Shown here: piece after piece, positions 1 through 8,694 of the stretch
Position numbering within the stretch: position 1 is the stretch's first letter
Layout of the letters: every line of letters starts with the position of its first letter
NCBI RefSeq assembly: GCF_024502345.1
Contig: NZ_JALDNN010000001.1
Origin: Escherichia coli
GTDB lineage: Bacteria; Pseudomonadota; Gammaproteobacteria; Enterobacterales; Enterobacteriaceae
DNA: 64,000 bases
Reading direction: 5' to 3' (one strand)
Made by a program: the position numbers and the translations under genes
Notes under the pieces: generated by a model
The model's input: only the letters and a program-made list of their open reading frames with translations
What the model was told of the DNA's origin: nothing
Database searches by the model: none

Positions 1-1
1 T

Positions 2-340
2 AAGGCAGATATCCGGACTTCTGAGCACAGCAGCAAGAAACCCGGCGTTGTTGGTACTGCCCTGACCAAACAGTGGGCGAAATACACGGGACGGGAAGCT
101 GTCCTGCTGCTGTTCCAGAATGGCGTGAATCGCATCAAGCGCTATCCATTCACGGGAGAACAGGCCCCCTTCGCCATTGGCGGTTAAGCGCAGGGCAAGA
201 CTCCCGGTTTCACCCTCTTTACCCAGCTCATACGTCAGCAGTCCTTTACTGTGGGGGCTGATTTTCTCGGCTTCCCCCATGTAGAACACGGTATAGCTTT
301 CGGTGACGGCGGCTTCGGTAGCGATTTTTTTCTTACTCAT
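2..340 (-). CDS. hypothetical protein, N-terminal 113 codons only; gene continues beyond window start
   Basis: Hand translation from ATG at 340..338 is open to position 2; start overlaps the stop of the upstream gene (ATGAGTAA). Not in ORF track because its stop lies outside the window. Confidence 0.45.
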   Translation of the reverse strand, partial: MSKKKIATEAAVTESYTVFYMGEAEKISPHSKGLLTYELGKEGETGSLALRLTANGEGGLFSREWIALDAIHAILEQQQDSFPSRVFRPLFGQGSTNNAGFLAAVLRSPDICL

Positions 341-713
341 GGTTCAGCGCCTCAATCAGGTTCCGGAGTTGAGTGATAACGGTCGTGTCCGGGAACACCA
401 GATAGATACCCTGTCCGTTATCGCAGACGATACCGAGCAGGAGATACCAGCCATCATCAAGTGCGGTGACGTATTCCGGGTTAGCCAGTGCCACTGCCAG
501 CAGCGGGTCTTCGGGGAGGGTGTCATCGTGGTTGAGATGCCAGAGCAGGGTTCCCGTTTCGTTCCAGAAGGTGGTAAACAGGTCGATATCATCGACAGGG
601 CCAAGGATTTCATTGCTGAGGGCCGCCAGTGCGGAGGCGGGCAGGTTGAGAAGGGGAAGACTGGTGGGGGTCGTGAGTTTAAACATGATTATCTCCATAA
701 ATGATTGATTCAT
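333..713 (-). CDS. hypothetical small acidic protein (126 aa; may start at an internal Met)
   Basis: Six-frame ORF; D/E-rich; stop overlaps start of the next minus-strand gene; AT-rich upstream region 714..1200. Confidence 0.45.
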   Translation of the reverse strand: MNQSFMEIIMFKLTTPTSLPLLNLPASALAALSNEILGPVDDIDLFTTFWNETGTLLWHLNHDDTLPEDPLLAVALANPEYVTALDDGWYLLLGIVCDNGQGIYLVFPDTTVITQLRNLIEALNHE

Positions 714-967
714 ATTGATAATATGTTTTCAAATGACTTTTAGTTACATTTTATTTACGTTGTTTGCTTTTTCTGGATTATGCCCTTAAATTTAGTTCTA
801 ACCTGGCATTAAATCCCGTTTTTTTTAGATTTTTAGAGTTTTATAAAGAAATTAGCATGTGCTGTTTTAACTGAAAATGAGAGAAGGCTTGCGCACAATT
901 GCTATTGATTTTCTTACTTATTTTCTCAATCACAAAACGCCTTAAATAGTTCAAAAAACAATCAACA

Positions 968-1038
968 CCCCATAATCGATATTATTTATGGGGAGAAACG
1001 ACGTTTAAGCCTGAAAGTGGGGGAGTGGCACTTTCAGG
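968..1038. other. two adjacent perfect hairpins (8-bp stem at 968..993, 10-bp stem at 1010..1038) upstream of integrase gene
   Basis: ccccataa/ttatgggg and cctgaaagtg/cactttcagg inverted repeats read directly; no flanking T-run. Confidence 0.3.
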
Positions 1039-1204
1039 AGATTAAGGAGGCAAACAGGCCTCTTTAACGCGTGTTTTTCTCACCAAAATGTCAGAGTCGG
1101 TGATTTGCACTTCAGTATTTCTGCCAATACTATTCGCTCCATGTGCTGGCCAGCATCTAACTCAATACCCTTAATCTGTATTAATTGAGCGAGATGTATG
1201 CATT

Positions 1205-2515
1205 ATGAAACCCGATAGTTCTTTAAACCAAATAACGCAGACAATGAAACGGAATGATGTTGATTCTGTGGATAGTCGCTTTTTTGAGTCAGCGCAAAAC
1301 ATGAAAACCAGCGTTGACGTTGAAGATTGCTGCGTTGAAGTGATGGTTCGACATCACAGCCCAAAGAATCAAAGAGAGGCATTCACTAAAGCTTTTTTTG
1401 ATGAGTGTAAAATCCGTGCAGTACAAACTGGCCGGACTATCGAAGCCAGCGATACAAAATGTACCGGGCTTAAGGCTATATTCCACTCATCCGGACGCAT
1501 TAAGTTTATTGTCCGCAAAAGTATTCGCGGAAAGAATGTTTACGTTGCAGTAGGAAGTTACCCTGAATTTTCCATTAATAACGCAAGGGAACATGCCTTT
1601 AAAATAATTCAGGAGCTTAAGGCTTCCGTTGAGACTTATGGTGAGCGTTTTCTTACTCACAGTAAAATGACGTTTAATGAGCTTGTGGATGAGTATGAGA
1701 AAAGCGTACTCAGCACGGGCGTTAAGCGTTCAGCTAACACCGATCTTTCTAAGATCCGTAAATACCTGCGCCCTCTTCTCGGTGCCAAAAAGCTGGCAGG
1801 TATGACGGAGGCAGATATTCTGAGCTATCTGCATAATCTCGATCTCAAGCCTGCCACCCGCAACCGCCATCTGGCGCTCATTAAAGCGGTGTTTACCAGG
1901 GCAATACGCATGGGATACATCAGCCGCTCTCCGGCGCTTTATATCAAAGCGCTGCCTGAAGTGACGTCAGATCGCCGTGCCATGGATGACTCCCAGCTTC
2001 AGCGCTGGATGGACGTCTGTGAGCGCTGGCGTAATGGTAAACCCGATCATGAAGCCCTTGCTCTTCTCATGTTCCTTGCCCTGACGGGGCTGCGTCTGGG
2101 GGAAACCCGTCACCTTCGTCTTGAAGATGTGGACTGGAGCCGCAAGGTTATCACCCTTCGCCATACCAAAAACGGCAAACTACGCCGTGTACCGGTATGT
2201 GATAAGGCTTTCGTTCTTCTGACAGAACAGCGTCAGCATCTGGGTGATGAAGGCTGGGTATTTCCGGGCAAGGGAACCGACAATCCGGTTGCTGAGCCGC
2301 GTCGCCTGCAAAAACGACTTTGTGAGGCTGCGGGTATTCCACCGTTCACCATCCATGAGATGCGTCATACCTTTGCGACAAAGCTCATTGAGAGCGGGGC
2401 CGACATTCACACCGTCAAAGACTTATTGGGTCACAGCACTATCAAAGTAACGGAGCTTTACTTGCACGCTTCCCCGGCGCGTTACCACGAAGTCGTTAAC
2501 CGGGCGATGGGGTAA
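1205..2515 (+). CDS. tyrosine recombinase / P4-type integrase (436 aa)
   Basis: C-terminal catalytic motif HxxR...Y (HTFATKLIESGADIHTVKDLLGHSTIKVTELYLH); N-terminal arm-binding-like segment. Confidence 0.85.
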   Translation: MKPDSSLNQITQTMKRNDVDSVDSRFFESAQNMKTSVDVEDCCVEVMVRHHSPKNQREAFTKAFFDECKIRAVQTGRTIEASDTKCTGLKAIFHSSGRIKFIVRKSIRGKNVYVAVGSYPEFSINNAREHAFKIIQELKASVETYGERFLTHSKMTFNELVDEYEKSVLSTGVKRSANTDLSKIRKYLRPLLGAKKLAGMTEADILSYLHNLDLKPATRNRHLALIKAVFTRAIRMGYISRSPALYIKALPEVTSDRRAMDDSQLQRWMDVCERWRNGKPDHEALALLMFLALTGLRLGETRHLRLEDVDWSRKVITLRHTKNGKLRRVPVCDKAFVLLTEQRQHLGDEGWVFPGKGTDNPVAEPRRLQKRLCEAAGIPPFTIHEMRHTFATKLIESGADIHTVKDLLGHSTIKVTELYLHASPARYHEVVNRAMG

Positions 2516-2584
2516 CAACCTTCACTCAACGGTATGGTTTTTAACTATGGTTCTGATGCACCCGTTTTCTGACGGTGGCGTAAT

Positions 2585-4513
2585 TTGATGGTAATACACA
2601 TGAATAAAAAAGTGACAACTAATGTTCCTAAGGTTTCCGGGATTAAGCGTATTCGCGCTTTTGCTGACCGCGATAAAAATTTCAACAAAATGTCGGAAGC
2701 AATTATCAGGCGTGCTGAAAACACTGAGGTCGGTGAAGATGATATCGCTTCACTCGGTATTGGTGATGGGCTGCCACGGCATTATGTGAATACGGCTAAT
2801 GGCCTTTTCTACATCGGTGGACAGAAACCTGTGCAGGTTTGCACCACGCCAGTTGTGCCTGTCGCCCTGTTTTGTGGAAAAGATAAGGAGTCCGGTCTTG
2901 GGATCAGCCTGATGACCGGTAACGGGCTGGGTAAGTATGTTAAGGCCCTGGTACGCTTTGAGGATATTGTTCAGAGCGGTGCTCAGGTAGTAGGCAAACT
3001 GGCAGATCGTGGATTTTGTGTTGGCTCCTCTCCACAGCAGTTTGCCCTTTTTGACCGTTTTCTTCAGCGCTGCCGGAGTTTACCGCTGCCTGTCTATCTG
3101 ATGGCAGATGCGATGGGATTCGTTTCGGAGGATATGGCCTTTTTACATGGTCATGAGCCCGTTGTGACCTCTCTGACCGGGTTTGATTATCTACTGCCGG
3201 GATTCCGCGTGCGTCCCGGACTGCACAAAGGTGGGGCCCTGGAGGAGTGGATTAACCTCATCCGGGAAAATGTCCATGGCTGGGCGCAGACCTTTGCACT
3301 GAGTGCGTCCTTTGCTTCGATGCTTCTGGTTCCTGCCGGTATGGATGTGGGCATGTTTCATTTTCACGGCGTATCCACCACCGGTAAAACGCTTCTCCTG
3401 ATGCTGGCTGCATCGGTCCATGGTGATGGCAGCGAGCCGGGTAGTGGGGGGAATGTAAATATTATTCGCTGGAATACCACGCCTAACGCGATGGAGCGCC
3501 TTCTCGCTGACTATTCCGGTCTGGTCGCCTGCGTCGATGAACTGGGTGCGAGTAATCATAAGCAACTTTCCTCACTGCTTTACAACATTACGTCAGGTAC
3601 GGCAAAAGAGCGCCTGAACCGTGGCCTGACGGCAGATGAGCCGTTTAAATGGCGCATGTTTATTCTCTCCACCGGTGAGATGTCAATCTCCGAAAAGCTG
3701 GCTGAACAGAAAGCCGTGTTACAGGGAGGGCAGGAGCACAGGGCCATCAGTATGGAACTGTTGCCTGAGGATGCTCAAAAACCGGATGAACCGGTATCAG
3801 AAACACGTGCCCGTGCAGATGCACTGAAGACGGGGCTGGCAGAGGCTTATGGTCATGCCGGGCCTGCATTTATCGGCAAACTGTTATCCGGGAAAAATAC
3901 GGCTGGCGGTCTTCGCACCTACGCAGAGTTTTCATCCTGGCTCCAGGAACAGACAGATGATTGCTGTAACGCACTGGAAGAGGCCCTGAGGGATGAGGGG
4001 CGTGATATTACCCGCGTTCAGCGGCGCGGACTGAAAAGATTTGCGCTGGTATGGCTGGCAGGAGAGAAGGCGCTGAAATATGGCCTTTTACCTTTCGAAA
4101 GCGATGCGGTGGCTGAATCCGTTATGTCCGCTGCACGACGCTGGCTGGATGATAACCAGAATCAGTATAACCCGGTGCGTAACATGCTGGAGGAGCTTCA
4201 GCTGACGCTGGTGACAAAAAGCAGCAGGCACTTTATCACCCTGCGTGACGAACATGCCCGATGCCCGGGAGATATGTGGGGATTCGTCCATTACAAAACC
4301 GGCGACTTCCTGATTTATGAATCGGTGTTTGAAAAGCTCTGTTCTGAAAAGGGACTTAAGACCGTTGATGTGGCCAGACCGTTAGAGCGTTCCGGTTATC
4401 TGCTTGGCGAAAGTGCCGGACACTATAAAAAAAGAGCGCTGAAGACGATGGCGCAGTCTTACTACCAGGTCAAAAAAGCGTTTCTGAAATGCAATGTGAT
4501 GACCGAATTTTAA
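2585..4513 (+). CDS. DUF927-like / P4 alpha-like SF3 helicase-domain protein (642 aa)
   Basis: Walker A GVSTTGKT and Walker B-like VACVDELG; immediately downstream of integrase; domain assignment from memory. Confidence 0.6.
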   Translation: MMVIHMNKKVTTNVPKVSGIKRIRAFADRDKNFNKMSEAIIRRAENTEVGEDDIASLGIGDGLPRHYVNTANGLFYIGGQKPVQVCTTPVVPVALFCGKDKESGLGISLMTGNGLGKYVKALVRFEDIVQSGAQVVGKLADRGFCVGSSPQQFALFDRFLQRCRSLPLPVYLMADAMGFVSEDMAFLHGHEPVVTSLTGFDYLLPGFRVRPGLHKGGALEEWINLIRENVHGWAQTFALSASFASMLLVPAGMDVGMFHFHGVSTTGKTLLLMLAASVHGDGSEPGSGGNVNIIRWNTTPNAMERLLADYSGLVACVDELGASNHKQLSSLLYNITSGTAKERLNRGLTADEPFKWRMFILSTGEMSISEKLAEQKAVLQGGQEHRAISMELLPEDAQKPDEPVSETRARADALKTGLAEAYGHAGPAFIGKLLSGKNTAGGLRTYAEFSSWLQEQTDDCCNALEEALRDEGRDITRVQRRGLKRFALVWLAGEKALKYGLLPFESDAVAESVMSAARRWLDDNQNQYNPVRNMLEELQLTLVTKSSRHFITLRDEHARCPGDMWGFVHYKTGDFLIYESVFEKLCSEKGLKTVDVARPLERSGYLLGESAGHYKKRALKTMAQSYYQVKKAFLKCNVMTEF

Positions 4514-4562
4514 CCCTGAATAAAACCATTTTGACTGAATAACAACGAATAGAAGGTGATGT

Positions 4563-4919
4563 ATGATTTTTGAATCAGACCAGTACTATGACGGTTTTCC
4601 TCACGCTATCAGCAGCGAAAATGAAGAAAAAACCTCATTCAATGATTACGCTCTGGTTAACACACTGGCGGAGTGCCTGTATCACGACATTTCTCGTGAA
4701 ATCTTCGATGGCAGTGAGCCGGCGCTCCGGGCCGTCATTGCCAACGGTCAGATTAAATTCCTGGCTCGTTATACGCTTAGAGGGGCCTGCTATTATGAAC
4801 CCCTCGGCACATTTCCACGTATGCCCGTTAACGTCGCGCGTGAACGAGCACGTGAACTCTATAACAGATTTGATGATCACCGGGTGCCGGATGAAGAATA
4901 TGGGGCCATCCCGTTCTGA
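4563..4919 (+). CDS. hypothetical protein (118 aa)
   Basis: ORF 50 bp downstream of the helicase-like gene on the same strand. Confidence 0.45.
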   Translation: MIFESDQYYDGFPHAISSENEEKTSFNDYALVNTLAECLYHDISREIFDGSEPALRAVIANGQIKFLARYTLRGACYYEPLGTFPRMPVNVARERARELYNRFDDHRVPDEEYGAIPF

Positions 4920-4925
4920 CTGATG

Positions 4926-4958
4926 GCTGAACAGTAAAAAAAAGCAGGGGCACTTGCC
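4926..4958. terminator. putative bidirectional terminator between convergent genes
   Basis: Imperfect hairpin gcagggg...cctctgc flanked by A-run and T-run. Confidence 0.35.
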
Positions 4959-4973
4959 TCTGCTTTTCTGTTA

Positions 4974-6158
4974 TCACAAGGACGGTAGCTGAGCCGTTAT
5001 CCTTTCCGCCAGTAACTGACTGGTGTTCTGTAAGCGCTGAGGATGAAGATGCGCATACCGTTGTGAAGACTGACTGCTGCGGTGCCCCAGTTGAGCCTGA
5101 ACGTCATACAGTGTTCCGCCGTAGGACACGATGAGGGCGGCAACCGAATGGCGGCAGGTATGAATACACACTTCTTTGTCGAAAATTCCCGCCCGACGAA
5201 CGATACGCTGAAAGGCTTTAACGGGGTTATTCAGCGGCATTCCTTGTTTTTTACCGATAAACAACCACGGATTTCCACGCTGTGTTGGCAGTGTTCTGAT
5301 TACGTCCATCGCCAGTGAATTAAGATGAACAATCCGTCCATAGCCATTCTTGGTTTCCGGGAGCCATAGGGTGCGTTTAACCGGGTCAACATGCTCCCAC
5401 TTAGCCAGACGCAGTTCATCACGACGAAGGCCGGTCAGTAACAGCAGTTTGACATAGCGGGCAGCTACGGGGCTGGTATCGTTATCGGCGGAGAGAAAAA
5501 TACGACGAATTTCGTCCTCGGTAAAATAACGCTGTCGGGCGTTGTTCTCCCTGAGTAGCTGTACCACCCTTGCCGGATGAACAGAGGTCATGCTTTGCCT
5601 TCCGGCCCATGTAAAGACGGCTTTAATGAGTACGATGACACGGTTACAGGTAGCCGCTGACAGGGAAGTACTTAACGTCTGCTGAAGGCGCAGAATGCTC
5701 GCTGGTGTGATATCGCTCAGCAGCCTCTGACCAATGGCGGGACGGATATGATCGCGGTAGCGCTGAACATCCTTTCCCCAACTGCGTTTAGCGGATTTTG
5801 CCCATGGCAGATAATGCTGATTAAAGAGTTCATCGAACGTCAGCTCCATTCTCTTGTTTTCACGCTCCTGCTTAGGGTCAGTGCCGGTGGCAAGGGAACG
5901 TTTGTGTTCTATGGCAATCTGACGAGCAAGATTGACGTCCACTTCAGGCCAGTGACCAATGGCGATGGCGCGTTTTCGTCCATGATAAAGGTAGCGTAGC
6001 AAAAACTTTTTACGACCTTCTCTTCTGCTGACCAGACACTTGAGGCCGGAAATCTCAGTGTCGCTGTATTCGGCATCGGTACTGCGTGCATCGGATGTGT
6101 TAGGGGGCAGGGATTTAATGAGCTGATTAGTAAAACGGAAGCGTTTGGGGGTGGACAT
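4974..6158 (-). CDS. P4-type tyrosine integrase (394 aa)
   Basis: Catalytic motif HTCRHSVAALIVSYGG...LGHRSSQSSQRYAH; arm-binding-like N-terminus; tRNA-proximal. Confidence 0.85.
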   Translation of the reverse strand: MSTPKRFRFTNQLIKSLPPNTSDARSTDAEYSDTEISGLKCLVSRREGRKKFLLRYLYHGRKRAIAIGHWPEVDVNLARQIAIEHKRSLATGTDPKQERENKRMELTFDELFNQHYLPWAKSAKRSWGKDVQRYRDHIRPAIGQRLLSDITPASILRLQQTLSTSLSAATCNRVIVLIKAVFTWAGRQSMTSVHPARVVQLLRENNARQRYFTEDEIRRIFLSADNDTSPVAARYVKLLLLTGLRRDELRLAKWEHVDPVKRTLWLPETKNGYGRIVHLNSLAMDVIRTLPTQRGNPWLFIGKKQGMPLNNPVKAFQRIVRRAGIFDKEVCIHTCRHSVAALIVSYGGTLYDVQAQLGHRSSQSSQRYAHLHPQRLQNTSQLLAERITAQLPSL

Positions 6159-6503
6159 ATAACCTCCTGTGACTGGTGTAAAGAACGTCAGGGTTGCCCC
6201 ATCCCCGGCACGGCGCTGTTAATGGCTGAGTTGATTTTCTGGTGTGGCTAAGGGAATGCTGGTGCCACATGGGATGAATGAAGACGAGAAATACAGCAAA
6301 AACAGGCGTTACGGTCTGCTTCTGGTCTTAAGGGGAAGATTGCCGTTGGGGAAGAGTTCACAGAAATAATATGTGTTTCAGTCGGGTATAATTACATGTG
6401 ATAAGGGCAAAGAGCGTGCTTTGCTAAAATTTGACATGTTGAAGTCCACTCTTTTTAACGATGTCGTTATGGACGACATGGCGAGTCTTGCTTAGATAAT
6501 TAA

Positions 6504-7091
6504 TCAAAATACTGTGACTTTGGACCCACGTTTACCACATTTCGAGCACTTGAGCCGAGTTTTAAGGTCTTCTAGAGTTACTCCCATTGCAACATACTGC
6601 TTAAGGTCGTTCAAAGTAAGGATTGTGGGGAGACGACAAAAAAATCCAGAGGCGCAACATACCAGCATCTCCGAGCCGTTTTTTAACCAGTCCTCAAGAT
6701 TATCGTGCGATCTCGTTAGTCGTTCGATATCCGCTCTCCACTGCTGGATTTCATTACCGTTCCAGTCGATATTTAGCTCGATTTGTTTGGCAACGAACCG
6801 GTGTTTACCTCTGTTAACTGTGGGTTCATAGTCCTTACGTTGATCTTTGATGAGATCAGCCTCATAGAGGAAATCATCGTTTTTGTTGTCGGTATAATCA
6901 AAAATTACCTTAATTAAATCAATATCAACGTTTTGTTTTTTGATGAATAAACCCTGTGTTCCGCTTCCGTTCAAGTCCCGGCTAAAGTTAATGTTGAGAT
7001 GGCGGCGGAGTGAGAAGAAATAGCTGTGGCCGTGCATAGCCAATGCAAGTCTGGCTATGTCATTGCAGTTGTAGGGTGTGTGTGTATCCAT
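6504..7091 (-). CDS. hypothetical protein (195 aa), AT-rich, C-terminal CxxC
   Basis: ORF between integrase and tRNA-Phe; low GC; ends CSKCGKRGSK. Confidence 0.45.
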   Translation of the reverse strand: MDTHTPYNCNDIARLALAMHGHSYFFSLRRHLNINFSRDLNGSGTQGLFIKKQNVDIDLIKVIFDYTDNKNDDFLYEADLIKDQRKDYEPTVNRGKHRFVAKQIELNIDWNGNEIQQWRADIERLTRSHDNLEDWLKNGSEMLVCCASGFFCRLPTILTLNDLKQYVAMGVTLEDLKTRLKCSKCGKRGSKVTVF

Positions 7092-7607
7092 GATGTTACC
7101 TTTAATTCATATTCGGTCGAGAGCGTCAGGAAACTATCCTAATATACCTTTTTTCTACACCAGTATTTGGATCAATTTTCATCCCTTTGGCCTGCTTCTT
7201 GTTGATTAACTCTCAGCGATGTTTGAAATAGGCCATCAGTGGTCAGAATCATTTTTTACTTCCACTTTTTGCTCAGATTTGACCCTAAGGTCTAAGTTCC
7301 AATACGTTTCGCTCAATTACTATCACCCCTGATAAATTATTCTATGATGACGTGGAGGGCGGGGGATTCAGGCAATGTTAAGAAATGAAAGGTTTAAATG
7401 CGAATATTACAGGTGGAGGAGGTGGTGGATACCCCCGACTGACAAGGGGAGTTGATGGCGCTGAGTTCACCCCCTTGCCTGAAGAGGAGTCTCCCCGGTC
7501 TTCCCCCGGGGGGGATGGCAGGTAATTTGTTGTTAAATAAAGTAAATTATGAAATCCCCCATTTCCCCCGTATTCTCTGCTTCATTATGAATAATCTTAG
7601 AGAAAGG

Positions 7608-7764
7608 AACCGTAAAGGACCGTAGAAAGACCGTAGCTGTGAGGTGAGGGAAGGCACATCAGAGGATGTTGAGGTGTCTAAAAGTAACGAACATCTGCAA
7701 AAATGGTGAAAAATCCAGCAAGAAAATAACGTGTTGCAACGACCAGAAATCTACCGTAGCTAAG
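7608..7764. repeat. four direct copies of accgta(g/a) near the tRNA-Phe 3' end; candidate integrase arm sites
   Basis: Copies at 7608, 7619, 7630 and 7753 read directly. Confidence 0.3.
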
Positions 7765-7805
7765 AAAGGAAAAAGCCCCGCTTTTCAGCGAGGCCTTATG
7801 AATAT

Positions 7806-7881
7806 TGGTGCCCGGACTCGGAATCGAACCAAGGACACGGGGATTTTCAATCCCCTGCTCTACCGACTGAGCTATCCGGGC
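7806..7881 (-). tRNA. pheV: tRNA-Phe (anticodon GAA)
   Basis: Reverse complement reads GCCCGGATAGCTCAGTCGGTAGAGCAGGGGATTGAAAATCCCCGTGTCCTTGGTTCGATTCCGAGTCCGGGCACCA, the canonical E. coli tRNA-Phe. Confidence 0.95.
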
Positions 7882-7986
7882 AACGGGGCGCATTAAACCT
7901 GATTCGCCTCGTCTCGTCAATCAAATTTCTTCAATTTACTGCAGACTGCACAATCTATCATCACTTTGCCGCTATTGCACGCATTG

Positions 7987-8694
7987 TCAGGCAAACCAGG
8001 CGGTCCAGGCGGCGGAAAGCGGCATTGCCAGAAGGAGTGCTGGAAGCATGTTGACCACCGGGAACATTTTAATGCCACAGATGCGTAATCCGGTTGCCAG
8101 CAGCAATAAACCGCCTACGGCGCTGAAGTCTGCCATCATCGACGGTGTGGTCAGCGGTAATATCAGCGCGGCAGCCCACGCCAGCGTTAACTGGATGATC
8201 AGTAATGGGATACTAATTACCGACACCGCAATACCCAGCGAGCAGGCGAAGATCATCGCCGTAAAGAAATCAAGAAATGACTTGGCGATTAAAATACTCG
8301 GATCGCCGGTCATCCCTTCGTTCATCGCCCCGAAGATCCCGGTGCCGCTGGCGCAAAACAGGACAATAATCGCGACATAATTCTGAATAAAAGATTCATG
8401 CGCTGGCTTCTTACGTGAGTGACGAAACAGATTTTGTGCTTTGGCGACTGCTGTATTGACACCTTTCTCCAGCAAACAAATTTCGCCAATTAGAGCGCCA
8501 AGTAGCGTAGCTAAAACCATCGCTGGAAGGTTGGCGCATTTCACAACCAGTAAAATACCAATCCCCAGCGATGCCAGACCAAAAATAGATGTCATGGAGA
8601 CGCGGATACGTTCCGGTAAGCGTTGGCTGAGCAGTGCGCCGAGAACGCCACCCAGTAAGACTGCACTAGCGTTGATAAAAGGGCCGATGACCAC
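7987..8694 (-). CDS. yqgA: DUF554 family inner membrane protein (235 aa)
   Basis: Hydrophobic 235-aa ORF between pheV and speC, as in K-12. Confidence 0.8.
   Translation of the reverse strand: MVIGPFINASAVLLGGVLGALLSQRLPERIRVSMTSIFGLASLGIGILLVVKCANLPAMVLATLLGALIGEICLLEKGVNTAVAKAQNLFRHSRKKPAHESFIQNYVAIIVLFCASGTGIFGAMNEGMTGDPSILIAKSFLDFFTAMIFACSLGIAVSVISIPLLIIQLTLAWAAALILPLTTPSMMADFSAVGGLLLLATGLRICGIKMFPVVNMLPALLLAMPLSAAWTAWFA

Larger units (their letters stand above)
1..7805. mobile_element. genomic island at tRNA-Phe 3' end (two integrase modules); distal boundary beyond window start
   Basis: Intact tRNA-Phe at 7806..7881 followed by integrases and AT-rich orphan genes absent from K-12 at this locus; no second copy of the tRNA 3' end seen in window. 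Confidence 0.6.

Noticed and set aside
303-704. 133-aa plus-strand ORF overlapping the minus-strand gene pair
   Set aside because: Low-complexity Gly/Arg/Gln-rich translation with no RBS context; the minus-strand frames show coupled stop/start architecture and read more protein-like.
4570-4923. 117-aa alternative frame overlapping the 118-aa gene
   Set aside because: Only one frame can be real; the 4563 frame is preferred on composition, but this is not certain.
1-7805. Second copy of the pheV 3' end (attR) inside the window
   Set aside because: Scanned the non-coding gaps by eye and found no match longer than a few bases; the distal boundary is presumably upstream of the window.
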